Positions 39,281 to 53,288 of a stretch of 64,000 nucleotides of DNA are shown piece by piece; position 1 is the stretch's first letter, and the number at the start of each line of letters is the position of its first letter. A model generated the notes under the pieces. The model did no database searches, was not told the DNA's origin, and saw nothing but the letters and a program-made list of their open reading frames with translations. Both the position numbers and the translations under genes were made by a program. The DNA is taken from assembly GCA_030141605.1 (NCBI GenBank), contig JAQGDQ010000178.1:1-64000 (forward strand). The letters are read 5' to 3'. This DNA is from Tubiluchus corallicola. Taxonomy: Eukaryota > Animalia > Priapulida.

Positions 39281-42200
39281 CTGCGACAGTTTTGTCTGTA
39301 ACTGAGCGTTTAATAAAAACGTGCAGTGATAGAATTCCTTGTTAGAGAGGTAATTTTAGCTGTCTTCCTCGCGAAGTAATGACAGAGCTATGCGCTCCGG
39401 CAAACTAAGGGGGAAGTTTTAATTAGTGAAGGACGGATGGAAAAATTTTAATCAGCCATAAGGACTGGTTTGGCTTCTTTGTCTGTGAAGTTGTAATTAA
39501 ACTTTTACTTCGGTTACCTGCTGAGAGGCATCAAATTAGTCTTAGCTGTGAATGTAAGTGAAATGGGGAAAGGTGAATAACAGTGTGCAAATCTTTCAGT
39601 GTGAGTCAATGGATTGAAAATCAGTGAAAACTCTAATACGTTCAGCTTCTGTCGATTTTGTTGTATGAGCTATTCGAGCGTTGGGTTCTACGCACCCACA
39701 GGAGTTTATACAGTATGACTGAAACCGCATAGACCTCGTCATGAGGTGCAGAAATTGGGGCGTTAAGCCTGTTCACACAGGTTCCTGGCCACTGTGATGT
39801 ATTAACTATGTGTATGAGTATAACCTTTCTGGTGGAAACGGATTTTAATTTGCATGTATGTATGTATTGAGAGACTGATAACTTTTGAAATTAAGCAAGT
39901 AAAGTTCTTATTTTGGTACTTTGGTTGCGTATATACGTTTAATCCATACTTGCAAGGAGTTATTTTTGGCGCTGTCTTGAAAACAGCAAATACTCTACAC
40001 TTTTGTTTAACTGCTTTGAACATCACTTGCTTCAGGGTTGCATTTTTCTTATCCTCTGGTACAAATTATTTGAGAATCGAAACTCGTTTTGTAAACTACA
40101 AAATATAGCAAGACCAGTTTTCCGATTTCCCGATACTAAGCGAATGTAGCATTCCAAATGATGAATTTTAATGATATCAGAAATAAAATACAAGTAGTCG
40201 TGTCTTTAGGGCAGTAACTTCTTTCTTTTTTTCGATAGATTCATGCATAATTGCATATTCCGTCCTTGAGGTGCCTTTGCTGCTTTTACATTTCGTATAT
40301 ACTCCTGTGGCTGGAACTTCTCCGTTAAAAAGATGCATACTCGTGAGACATTTGCTTGTAATTTGAAATTTGTTAGTAATTAGCAGTGCAACCTTGTGTT
40401 GATTGTTATATACCTACGGCGTCACAGAAGATATCCCATATTGACTTATGCGGTAATATGTTGCTGGTGACTTGGTGATTGGAAGTTTGGAGCGACACTG
40501 GTATCCTATTCAGTTTTTGTTATGACCAACAGTAATATCACCTAGTCACCATAGAAGTTTAATAGTTTTCTTAATTTTAGTTTGGTATTTAATTATTTTT
40601 GGTAAATCTAGAAGTAAAATGAATTATACAAGGTATTTTTACAGACATAAGAACATTTGTAGTTAAAGTTGTGTTGTTTTTAACTGCAAAGATATTTTTT
40701 ACTTTTATTATATCACGGCTGAATTACTTTAAATTTTGACAAACTTTTCGTCAGGATGGGAATTTTTTTAATATTCTGCAGTGTATTTACTGTAAACTTG
40801 TTTATAAACTTTGTACATTTGTTTTGAATTCACATAAAAACGTTAAATTTATAGTGAAAGCTGAGAAAGTAGACTTGATAACAAACACTTCTTGGATTCT
40901 TCTTGTGAACAAACGCTTTTCGCAACACTTTGAAACTCAAACTAATTTATTTTCGGCAAAGCAAAACTTTCCCCAGTTGATTTCTACTCCTTGTGCATCT
41001 GAATTTATATTCTATTCCCATTTGGCCCCATTATCACTATAAATTTTGATACGCGGCTTTTAGCATTTTAGACTTTTTTGCCTGCCACAGTCTGTTGCGA
41101 ATCTTTATGATCAAACACAAACCGCTTTCCAAGGCTGAAGTATCAATAATGCAGTTTGGAAAGATGCGTGCAAAAATTCTACCGGGTTTTTCTGCGCATA
41201 TACGAGTCATTTGTCCAATTTGTTTCTGTAGCAGCGCTTAAAAGCTTCCTTGTAATTGCCAAGAAGAAAGGCAAACTTACAAAAATTGTAAAATTGCCCC
41301 TGCAGTTTATATAGCGATACAAAATTAGTAATAACGCAGACGGAGGCACATCAAAGTTGTACTCTGTTTCTTCTGTTGATGACGTCACCGTGTCCCTGAC
41401 ACAAAAATGGTTACTTGTTGGTTCCATTGCGTTAGTTATGTTTCTTTTTGCCTGTGACGAAACTAAAGCAAAGTTATGTCAAAATTTCTGAAAAGTACAA
41501 GAGTTGTATGGTAACGATGTAACCTGAATTGTTACCATAGTTACCATACAACCGTGCTAGATTGCTACAGTGTTCAGAAACTAGCTGCATACATAATACA
41601 TCTAACTGTATCAGATTTCGTTTATAATTTATGTGCCTGACTGTCATTATCTGAAACTTTACTTTGACAATTCAGCAATGGCACGAGAGCTCGTAAAACT
41701 TATACATAGGTGATGTTGAGCTTGTGATTACACGTGGGAGGTAACAAGTCACTAAAACTGCAGTTTGCGTGCCGTAGTTATGTAAAAGTGCTTCTCAGTC
41801 CAACGATGAATTATTAAATAATTCTGGCTGAGCTGGTATTGGTGATGTGCAATGTGTGTGGAAACACGACCTCTTTTCAAATCTGCTAACAATGTACAGC
41901 GTGCTTTCTTAATGGACTGCACTAGAGTAAGACATTCTTTTTAAAGAACTGTTTATTTGTCTGCGAACGCCAGTGTTGACGTTGTCTGTTCTCTTACCGG
42001 GCTTCTGGGGCGACCTTGCTACACGTAGAAACGGTTGCTATTTGCGGCATCCATTGGCTTTTTGGTTAGTAACAATACGCTTACCGATGCTTGAGTGTAT
42101 AGTCCGAACTATTTTTACTGCTGCAACCTATTTAAAGCACACCACGAAGATTTTTCGTTGCATGGGTTTAGCTGTAAAGTTGTTTTAAGTCTGACATTCT

Positions 42201-43319
42201 GTTAAGTTGTTTTAAGTCTTCTGCTAGGCCAAAGTTAGGCTTATTTCAATGTTCACGAAAAGTATTAGAAGGATTTAGAAATAACACTGCAATAAGCACC
42301 TCGTGTAATTAGTAAAATCACTTTAAAGTCACGGTCACTTCATGTTTGGGCGCTCCCATCTTCATCGTCCGGAAGATTTGTAGCTCACTGTTCAATCTTC
42401 GTCAAAAGTACAATAAGTTTTTACAAAAAAATGGGTAGCTAATTCAAGCTGCAGAGGTTTGAATTCATTTAAGCGTGCGGTTACGGAAAGCCACGATGCT
42501 CTTACGAAAAGTCACGAAGTCCCCTGTTTCGTCATAATTTTTAAGTGAATGGCGGCAACCGTTACACCTAAAAATTTCTATTCAGTGGTAATATATTTTA
42601 AATTTATGCTTTATAGATAATTTTCTGCAATTTTTTTTGCTATATTTTTCTAAGTTTAAGTGATAACAGTAAAATAAACCCAATATATCGAGTGAGTTAT
42701 TCTTTCCGTTAACAAAAGTCGCCAATCACTGCAACTCAAAATTTTAACGTAGAGAAATGATTTCTTTTTATAAACAGCGTTTTCTCCAACCATATTTTCT
42801 TTCCAAATAATCCTTTTTACGAATCTTTCATTGTAGAATGAATGGAAGATGACTAGCAAAATCTAATAAATGACTTCTTATTGAATTTGGGAGATAATCA
42901 TGTGCGTTTTAGTATGAAAAATGACTTTTTATTCACAGCGCAAGGCAGCCTGACTATACTACATGATCAGCAGCTTCAAGATTTTATCAACAAAATTCTT
43001 TTTTCTCGGTCCTCATCATTTGTCCTTTTCTAAGCAGCAGCATACCCAGTAGCTGAACTTTGCTATTTTTGGCAAGCCTGGCTGATGATCTGTATTGCTT
43101 CTCCATGGCTGTTACTCGGCACCCCTACTGTGAACTTTCCAAATGTTCTAGATTCTCGCAAACAACCTCGTATACTGAGCGAAGCCATGGCTTACTTTTC
43201 TGTGCTAAATCTGCTGTATGCCCAAGGCTAATAAATTAGTCATGAATGGGAACTTTTGAAATTGATTCTTTAGAGCTATGGCCTAGTCACCTTCAACTCT
43301 ACACTTTATAACAGTAGAC

Positions 43320-43696
43320 CAGTGTTTCCCAAACATTTCCAGTAGAGTTCCCTTTCAGTAGTACCAAACCTACCATACCCCCACCTTTATAAGCCTTCTG
43401 AAAACGTACCACTTTGTAATACGGGTAAAAAATGGGTGCAAAACACCGAACCCAACTATCAGACTACTTTGTCATTCTTGTGTATCTTCCATTAGCGCTG
43501 AGGGATATGTCATTATACCTGTTTTAAAGACAGCGAGAGGCTTCGTACGAAACGATAAACAACAATGGCTGATGCACCCACAATGCACTAGCGGTCCGCG
43601 CATGCGTTTAGGCCAGCGTCGAGACTGAAAATTCAGCCCCGTTCCGGCGAGCTGAATGTACCCGCCAGCTCATGACCCACAGTTTGGGAACCACTG
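43320..43696. mobile_element. hAT (Charlie-like) MITE
   Basis: 15-bp TIRs CAGTGTTTCCCAAAC and GTTTGGGAACCACTG (1 mismatch). The 8-bp TSD is not preserved. Confidence 0.7.
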
Positions 43697-44973
43697 CTTT
43701 CAGACGCCTGTATGGAGTTGCTTGTGTTAATATTTAACGCCTTTAGAATTCGATCGATTTTAGCGCTAGAATTTTCCGAGATATTTGCTTAACGCGAGGT
43801 GTTTGTTGTCAGGATGCCTCGCACCTTTATTTATGTCATAATGTCATTGATTTTTTCCTTGCGAGAGTAAATTTGTTTCTAACACTATACGTGATGCTGT
43901 ACTGCCTGTGTTTTCTTAAACCACAGACATCGTTGCTGTTTTAAGGATGTTTTAGATTGAAAAACTTTTAGAAATTTCTGTTACTACCTTCTAAACAGGA
44001 GTAACTCAAAGCGTAGTAGTGAGCATTTCTTACTAGGTGCCGATACTGATTTTGTTTGTGTTTCATTAGCTGTCACCTTTTGGCGAGTACTTAACACTAC
44101 TTATGAATTATTGACTACCGTCTAGGTTTAATTTGGTTTCTCTGTAGTCAATTGTGTGACTCAGTCTCTGCGGCTTCAGTAGCCAAGTGCACTTCAGACT
44201 GAAGGTCACCGTGATTAGAATTAAAAGTTCAGATTTTCAGCTTCCTTCGTAATCTGTATGTTTATCCTATTTGGTTTATGATTTGCTTTTCTGCCAGCAT
44301 TATTGAAGATGGCCTAAGTTACATGTGCTGCGAATTATCTTCTTTTCTAAATGCTATTTGAGCAATAGCATTTTTCAAATAGCACACGTTAATTGATACA
44401 ACAATGCTTCGATTTCTTAAAGCATTTTCCATTGTTCTTTGTCCCATTGTGTAGAAAGATCTAAGGAACATTTTGAATTGTTTGAAGATTTTTACCAGTA
44501 AGAACTTATAATAATAATTATGGAAGCACTGAAAACGTGAAATTTCTTAAATTTGGTTGTCAGTCATGTGTGATTATGACAAAGCAGTGCGTTGCTTCGT
44601 TTATCACAAAGGGAGTGTATTATATCAATGGCCATAATGCTATGATGATGCTTAGACACTAGACAGATCAGGATATAATTCATTCAGTAATGGCGGTAGG
44701 TTTTGCTGTATTAAAACCTTTTTTGCCTTTCATTGAAATCATTTTCTGTTGTAGCATTCCTTCATCAAGTGCCAAGTATAGTTTCATCAAGTACAGTGCA
44801 TTGTGCCACAGGTGTAGTCAATGTGAATGATTTGCGATTCACTTAGTCTTAATGTGATAAAACAAATGTCTTTTCCTGTTTATCAGCAGTAGTGTGATAA
44901 GATGAATCTCTGTTCTGTTTCTGTGAGTTCTGGTTTCTAACGAAACTGAAATAAAACCTGCGATCACAACAAA

Positions 44974-45910
44974 ATGGATGCTCAAGAAAAGACAGAGGAT
45001 GGCGAGGGCCTGAAAACAGGCACAGGTGATGCGAAGTTATTAATTGAATTGGCTTTATCAAAAAATGAAGACGTTCAAAATGATGACAAGACACCCACGA
45101 CTGAAACGCACATTGCAGAAACTAAGCTAGAAGAGCCTAAGTCTAAAAAGGTGTCCATAGCTCAAGACAATGAAGTTACGAAGAAAGGTGTTGGTAAAGA
45201 CAATACCGGGTCTAATGGAAATAAAGATAAGCTAGCACATGTTGAGGAAGCGGAACATCACGTGCAGACAAAGTGTGACAAAAAGAAAGAAAACAAAACA
45301 AAGAAGCACGATAATAACAGTGGGAAAGACAATCACCATCACGACGATGGCAAACACTGGCACCTTCCACATTTGCCGAAGCTTCATTTATTTGGCCATC
45401 ACAAGAATGGCCACAGTGAGCATAAACCACACCCGGACACACCCGACAGTGATACAGATTCAATTAAGACAATCACATCTCAACCACAGTTGCATGAAAG
45501 TGAAAATGGTAAGGGTGCCACACAGCCAAAATCTAGTTCCACCCCTACTATGTCTGGAAATCCGACGCTTTCTCCATCTAGTGGATCAGTCAGTTCAACA
45601 TCCTCGCGAGATCATCCCACTCGATCCATCTTGAAAACATCAACGAATAACGTGCCATTGCTGCACCATACTCCAGTCCCAGCTAATCCCATCTTGCCAA
45701 TGTCAGCTCGAATAGCCCATCAGTCTTTGCTGCCATCCAACTCTGGCGAAAGCTTGTCCGACTTGCCGGAAAAGGTGTGCGAACATGCCCGGAAGGGCTT
45801 TAAGCTCAGTGTCTACAATGTAAAAGGGGCACAACGTCGTCGGTCCCTTCCTTTCAATGTGCAAGAGCCAAATCGAAAGATCAGTGTTAGCTCGGTATCT
45901 TCGACAACAT
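44974..45910 (+). CDS. AHCYL1: Internal alternative first coding exon E (312 codons + 1 nt; K/E-rich, His-rich, S/P-rich; ends RKISVSSVSSTT)
   Basis: Longest ORF in the window (322 aa). The T|gtaagt phase-1 donor matches the phase-1 acceptor at 47820. Confidence 0.8.
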
Positions 45911-47819
45911 GTAAGTATGATACGTTCACATGCAATGTTTGACATTGTGTTTTCATTTATCTTATACCAACTATGGTTCAAATTTTTTTTACTAATTTTT
46001 TAACAATTTATGTTTTTCGGCATGGCACGGTTCCATCATCAGTGAAAGCCCGTAATTGAAGAATAATATGAAAAAACTATGTTAGAGATTGCAAAATAGT
46101 TGAAAAGTATCTAACAAAATCTTAGTGTTAAATAATAAGTTTTTAACTAAAGTTGTTTATACTAGTGTTGTTTAATATTAACTATTTGCTAAGTTTCAGC
46201 TAGTTTCTTTTCTCCATGAGTTGCCTTAAACATTTTTTCTCATTTTATTTCATAATCTTAGGCTTTCACTAATAGATGGGAATGGTGTCATTCTGAAACT
46301 TATGAAACATTTTAATAAAAAATTCTAACCTAGATGCAAAATACCAGCGTTGATTGAAGAAATGTGGTTAAACGTAAATAAATTATGTATCTTGAAAATA
46401 GTTTTCATTGTGATCAATACATTATCTTCTTGCCAGTTACTGTGGAGGGCCTCCATATTTACATGGCATCTCACTGTGTACACAGCATTCCCATTTATTC
46501 TCCATGTATAAACATAGCCACTAATCAGCGTGCTTTTGTGTGCTGGATAAACTGTGATTTAAAGCACATGACAGGGTCCACAGCTTGATTTGGGTATAGC
46601 TTATAATTAAAAGAATTGAATTAGTTGTTTCCATCTGTGCTTGAAGTGGATGTAGTTGATGAAACATGGCTGAATGTTCCTAGCTGAGTTTAGTATATTA
46701 ACGTGGATGTTTTGGTCCAAGAGCAAGATACAAAAGCCATGAGAGAAGCTGTAACACCTCGTAAGTACTGCATCAAATAAAGATGTAGGAATCATCTTTA
46801 GACTCATCAGACATTGATTTATACTTATTATGTTGAGATTTGTGGTAAAATGATCTTCTAAGATGAGACGCTGAGCTGGTAGATGCAGAGGTGTGTTATC
46901 CTTCGATGTGTTCCTTCTTAACAAGATAATTAACTGGAACCAAAAGAGTATAGTAGATGAAATCGCCCAAAAATGATTTCCTTGGCATTTGCCTATCTAT
47001 TTACAGTCATGCCTACTAATGCCTAACTACAGCTGCAAATACCTATAGTGACAGTTTGGCCGTTCCCCTCTGTTCTGTAACACTGTCCAGTGTCCAGTGA
47101 CATATACTGTGATATTAGTGCAATCTGTACTTTTTCCGTGATGTAGTAGCCTATTCCCTTTTTAAATTCCCCTAAAATACAATATTGTCCTTATACGTAT
47201 TTTGGTTGGCCTTCTGCTTGTTTCAGGACTTGTAAATTAAATATTTTCTGCTTGCTCTCACAATTCAATTCTATATCTCTTGAGAAAATTTCATTAGTTT
47301 ATCTCATTTCGCTATGAAATAAACCCAAAAAATGCAATTCCTTGTACAACTGGAACATGCTTTTTGTGCCCAGTTATTTCACAAATTGAATTTTAATCAT
47401 TTCGCCTCGTCATCTTGCGTGGACCCATTCGCCTTTTAATTGTAATCCAGTTTTGAGCAGAAACCGAGACTGGTACATATTGCATCATAGATTACCACAC
47501 CTGAACATTTGAAATTTATAACATTACGAGTACATTGTAGGGGTAGCTAGTTTTCATCATTCCGAATTAACTTAACTTCAAAAAAACTTCTTTCAGTTTC
47601 ATAAACTTTTCTTCTAGTTTCGTAATCATTTGCACATAATTCATTAGAAAGTTGAGCGTAAAAATTATGTATGTATTAGTACTTTGCATACTTAATATAT
47701 TTTGTTTACTCGAAATTTCCAGCATTTTTGCTTTCCCCAAAACAAGTTTTGCTGTCGGGGGAGTTCATGATGTCTATCCTTGTTGATTAGTCGATTACCA
47801 CGGTTTCTTTCTTTTTCAG

Positions 47820-47878
47820 CATCCTATACCGGAAGCTCGTCCGATGAAGATGATCAGCATCCACGGGAAAAACAACAG
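47820..47878 (+). CDS. AHCYL1: AHCYL exon: second half of the IRBIT motif (ASYTGSSSDEDDQHPREKQQ)
   Basis: tttctttttcag| and CAG|gtaaag. Matches IRBIT AASYTDSSDDEVSPREKQQ. Confidence 0.93.
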
Positions 47879-48739
47879 GTAAAGAGATGTTTTTGTAGGC
47901 TTCGCAAAAATTAGATTCTATACATTCTAGAGAGAGTAACCTAGTAAATCCCCTGTACTTGTGAATCATGTTTTTGGCCCCTTCATGTCATTGGGTTCAG
48001 GTCATAAGTTAGTACCATTAGATATTTCTTTTTTCATCCCTGGAATACGTCGTTCATTATTTGCACTGAATCAATCCATATGATTTGTTTCTCCTTGAAT
48101 TTTTATATATTGAAATGTTGGGCTAAATTTCTCCTCTTTTCAACCCATGGGGCATTAACGAGTGATTTTTGTAGTTGAATTGACGTAGCACTATTTTCGA
48201 ATTTCAAATGTCAGATGTCGTGCATAATTTGTCTGTTCTTTATTATATCACAATTGCTGTCTTGCCAAGTATCTCTTTAATGCCAATTTGTCTTATTAAA
48301 GGTGACAGTTGGGAGTGGGAGTTCGTCTGTATCTTGTTGCAGATCCTATTAGTTGAATACAGTTAAAGGTCAACTCTAGGGCATTACTGGTCTACATCAT
48401 AAGCTCAGTATTGTGCTATTTGAAGAGCATTGTAGATGCAGGGGGGTGGGAAAACATTCAGTTGATTTTTTATAAAAAAATTAGTTCCAGTCTCTGGGCT
48501 CCAGTATGCGAGAGTTTTTTGTCCCACATCTTGGAACATGACTGGAATGTTCCTAGAGAGAAATTTTGGCTGATATCTGACGATTTAAACAAATTTTGAA
48601 TGAAAGCAGTGCAAACTTGCTGGATTTTACACTGCACCTAAGGCCCTTTTTGATCTTTCTTGATTTTGGCACTAAAGGTGCTTTTCTGGTGAGTTTTCTG
48701 CAAGTCGGTGGAACTTCCTCACTTTTCAGAACAATGGTA

Positions 48740-49140
48740 CTGAACACGATCACTATGACATTATGATACTGAACACAAACACTATGACAATGAACACGAA
48801 CACTATGACACTGAACACAAACACTATGACACTGAACACAAACACTATGACACTGAACACAAACACTATGACACTGGACACAAACACTATGACACTGAAC
48901 ACAAACACTATGACACTGGACACAAACACTATGACACTGGACACAAACACTATGACACTGAACACAAACACTATGACACTGAACACAAACACTATGACAC
49001 TGGACACAAACACTATGACACTGGACACAAACACTATGACACTGAACATGACACACTATGACATTATGACACTGAACACAAACACTATGACACTGAACAC
49101 GACACACTATGACACTATGACACTGAACATGAACACTGAA
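48740..49140. repeat. 21-bp minisatellite (acactatgacactgRacacaa), roughly 18 copies
   Basis: Directly visible. Source of the repetitive CVQCHSV and TNTMTL ORFs. Confidence 0.95.
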
Positions 49141-49423
49141 CCATGACTTTGAGCAAAAGAAATGTTTGTATTATTTTCGAGTTTTGCGAATAGAAATTTC
49201 TTCACATTTTCATTTTTGTCCCATGTCAAATGTCCCATACGACTGTCCCATGATAGACAAGTATGAAGTCGGCCGTAACTTGAGTGTATTTTAAAAATCG
49301 CGGGAATTGCATCTTTTGAACATGTCAGACAAGTAAATAGAGCTTAGTTAGTCTGAAGTCACGAGGTCCTTTCGGTATTGGCCTTATAATGCATCTGCCA
49401 AATTGTATAAACTGTTACAGTAA

Positions 49424-49639
<216 letters not shown>

Positions 49640-50693
49640 TAGTAGTGAGCGATAATCACTTCCATGTTAACAAAAAGCACCTCCCACATAAATGTCATCA
49701 GAGAAAGGACAGTTGCGTCATGCCTTTGTATGAGTTGCCGTGTTTGATGAGTTACTGCCTGTAAATTATCAAACTGTTGCGCACGTCAAATATGTTGGCT
49801 TGGCCTAGTTGTGAAAAAGCCTTAACTACTTCAACATTAGTAGCTGCTAGAATGATGACTCTTTGTCAACTTTTGTCCATTCAACATTAGGTTCATGGCA
49901 CAGTCACATGTCATCTTGATCTTCTAGCTTTATTCTAAATATTTTTTCACTTTTTTTGCATTTGTATCGTTAAAGGATATAGACCTGTGATTTTTGTTTT
50001 TTGGCAAAAATGTTACCACTGTACGTCGGCAAAAATCGAGCATAAAAGCCGTTAGAGGTGTTGCAACGTTTTGTTAAATACTTTTTGGCATTTCAACTGA
50101 TCATAGATTCAAATGTGCAGTGTTACTGCCATATGTACTCAGACCATAACAACAACGCAAACTAAAAGTCAAAATTAGAAGTCAAATGAATAAAGACTGA
50201 AAGAGCCTTTCCATTTAAAAAAATGGAGATTGCTTGCTCTCCAAATTATTACTGGCCAGCAGTGGTCATATTAAAACATAATATTCAAGGCGTACACAAA
50301 CACAGGAATTAAGGTTCGTTTGCAGGGCAAAATACCTCACATTGCTAATCACAGTGTGTAAACCTGTCATCACACTAGTTTGGTTTGCATAATACAGTAC
50401 TTGTAACTCAGTTATGATCATAGCGACTGTATTGACTGACCAGAATGCAAGGACTGCAACCGTTAGTGCATATAGGCTGGGTTTCTCATAGTTTTCAATT
50501 TTTATCCATTCAGTAACGTGTCATGTGACGCTAACTAATTATGTGTTAAAATGATAAATAGTTAGTAATGCTGTCAGAAATGAAATATGCTTACAAGTGC
50601 AAGTTGGACACTAAAATAGTGCAACTATAGTACATGAACATTTCCAAAAATAATATGCATGCATGCTCACGTGTGTGTGTTATAGATTATTAA

Positions 50694-52303
50694 AGGTCAG
50701 ATGTAAGGTGAAAACAAGTTTTGTTTAATTAAGAAAGCTAACCTTAATTAGTTTTATTAAATTTCATGGCTTCTTTCCTAATAAAATTGGGCTTCGGAGT
50801 TGTATTTTCCCCACAAAGCACTATGTTCAGTTTTGCTCGTGAAATTTTGCAACATTGCAAAGCTAAACAAATGTGCTGACAACGACTTTGTTGCATACTG
50901 GGTTACTTCTTTGATGCTGAATTTGTAAACAATGCTACAAAGTGAAACATGTCATTCTGCTGCGCTTTTTACCCATTTACAAACCTGAAAGGGCTTTTTT
51001 TGAACTCCCAGAAAGAGCTTTTTTAAACTCCCAGTTTTCAATAAACCTAAATTGTTTGAACTAAGACACTGACCACAGTAAGGTTATGTCTCTGGACTCT
51101 GCTACAATAACCCGTGTGCACTACAGCATACGAAATGTGACTCATGATAAGCAAATGCTACCATAGTAAGGACTGAATTTTGTGGAGACATTTAAATGAA
51201 TGAAACGTGTGAAGTTAACTTCCAGATTTTCTGTGGAGCTGACAGCTTCGCACCTGATTCCTCTTATATAGGTTTTACATGTCAAATGTAGACCTGCGTT
51301 AACTCAAATGTAGATTTAGGTAATTCAAATGTGTCTTGGTAACTCAAATGTAGACTTAGGTAGTTCAAATGTGTTAACAATGGTTTTCAAGAAATCTTAA
51401 GCATTTTTGGTAAGTCAAATGTAGACACATGTCAAGTTAAACGTGACATTGGTATCTCAAATGTGGATAGGTGGTAAAGTTTAAGAATGTTAAATTTAAT
51501 CTCCTTTAATCTTAATTTAATAATTACTGTGAAAATAATAACTTTATAGGTCTACTAATAGTTCACTAATATTTTGTAAACTTTACATACCATTGGAACT
51601 GTTAGAGAAAACAATACATTCTTAAAATAAACAATGTTTCTTGAGAGAAACTAATTCATTAATGCAGTGCTAATGCATTACTTAAAAAACTAATTAGTGG
51701 TTCTGTTCATTGGGAAGGGATAAACAACACATTTTTCAAAGTTATGAAAGTGGTGATGACTATCTTTGGTTTTTCTTTTTGTAATTTGCAATTAAATGAG
51801 TTAATTACGTATTTATTCAAAGTAATGCATCTACATTTGACTTACCTAAGTCACATTTGAGTTACCAAAACTCATTCGAAATTCCTATGTCTACATTTGA
51901 CTTACCTAAGTCACATTTGAGTTACCAAAGCACATTCGAAATTCCTATGTCTACATTTGACTTGCCTAAGTCACATTTGAGTTACCAAAGCACATTCGAA
52001 ATTCCTATGTCTACATTTAACTTACCTAAGTCACATTTGAGTTACCAAAACTCATTCGAATTTCCTATGTCTACATTTGACTTACCTAAGTCACATTTGA
52101 GTTACCAAAGCACATTCGAAATTCCTATGTCTACATTTGACTTACCTAAGTCACATTTGAACTTTCCTGTGTCTACATTTGACGTGTAAAATCTGTATAA
52201 ACTACCAAGAAAAAGTTACAAATACCGGAAAATCTTAGTTAGAGCATTTTCTTTTTGTTTTTGTGTAAAACTATAACTTCGTAAAGTATGTTGTATTTGA
52301 CGT
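50694..52303. mobile_element. TTAA-flanked non-autonomous DNA transposon (Kolobok-like termini), copy 1, interrupted by a nested element
   Basis: TTAA|AGGTCAGATGTA...TGTATTTGACGT|TTAA. Both ends are homologous to 57664-58222. Confidence 0.65.
51265..52199. mobile_element. Nested foldback-type DNA element with ~29-bp TIRs and inverted subterminal repeats (60-bp tandem array at 51829-52186)
   Basis: Left end tatataggttttacatgtcaaatgtagac versus right-end reverse complement tatacagattttacacgtcaaatgtagac. Left arm is built of tcaaatgtRgac modules; right arm has about 5.5 copies of tctacatttgacttacctaagtcacatttgagttaccaaa... Confidence 0.75.
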
Positions 52304-52380
52304 TTAAACACAGTTTGCCGAAATTAGTAGTTAGTTCGAATCACTTCAATGGTTGGTGCATAAGTACTTTTTTATTGCAG

Positions 52381-52481
52381 AAATGCCAGGTATCATGGCT
52401 TTACGAAAACGAGCAGAGAAGGACAAGCCACTGGAGGGTTGCAAAGTGGTCGGTTGCACTCACATTACTGCCCAAACAGCT
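52381..52481 (+). CDS. AHCYL1: AHCYL exon (EMPGIMALRKRAEKDKPLEGCKVVGCTHITAQTA)
   Basis: ttattgcag| and GCT|gtgagt. AHCYL-type GCTHITAQTA. Confidence 0.96.
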
Positions 52482-53288
52482 GTGAGTTTGAGTTCTTTTT
52501 CTGCAGGCGGCTAGTGCGCCACATTTCATGATAAGTGAAGTCTCAGAATGAGTGTGTAGCATCTCTCAGAGAACTAAGGATCCTAATCTTTCTTCTCTTA
52601 GTGGTTCTTTCTCAGACAATCTTTTCTAAGTCACACAAATACTTGCTATTGCCATCTTTTCATGCTTGAAGAATAGTTAGCCTGTTCAAAAAGTGAGAAT
52701 TTAGTTAAAAAAAACCTGTACATTTACATAAAACTTAAAAATTTGAATCATTTACATGCTGTCTTATTGCTTACAAGTTTTGTATTTGCAGTAACACGGT
52801 GTAAAACTTCGAAATTTAAACTCATGCGATAATCATTAGGTTCAGCCATTTTGAAAATGAGTCATTTGAAACAAGTTTGGATAACACTGCTTGAAGTTTG
52901 AAAAAATAATCACAGCATTCGTAGCACACACTTCAATAACTATACAAAATTTTTAATTACTGTATCTTGTCAACATGATTAAAAATAGTTTTTTTGTTGA
53001 GTGAGTGGTGCACACTGGAAATGCGAGTCAGAGTCATTGTATCAATTGGCATGAACATTTTAAATTGTAAAGAATTTTCCTTTCTAATTACATAAGTCTT
53101 TCAAATAAGTAAATGTAATGCTAAGTAATATAAGTTTGCATATAAAGCATTTTGGGACATAGTTTACCACTGCCTTTTCTACTGCTTTAAAATTTGTTTA
53201 TGCTGCTGATTTATTTGCTTGTCTATTTATAATCATTAAATATAAATTTATTCAGCATAATTTACAAACTATTGCTCAGTAAACTCAT

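Noticed and set aside
43081-43180. Possible C/D box snoRNA (TGATGA...CTGA)
   Set aside because: Imperfect C box, weak terminal stem and no recognisable rRNA guide.
48553-49146. Cys/His-rich CVQCHSV ORF resembling repeated CxxCH heme or metal motifs
   Set aside because: It is a 21-bp intronic minisatellite that is stop-free in several frames, with no exon context.
51829-52189. 60-bp array as a CRISPR array or repeat protein
   Set aside because: The units are contiguous with no unique spacers, the context is eukaryotic, and the array is one arm of a TIR element.
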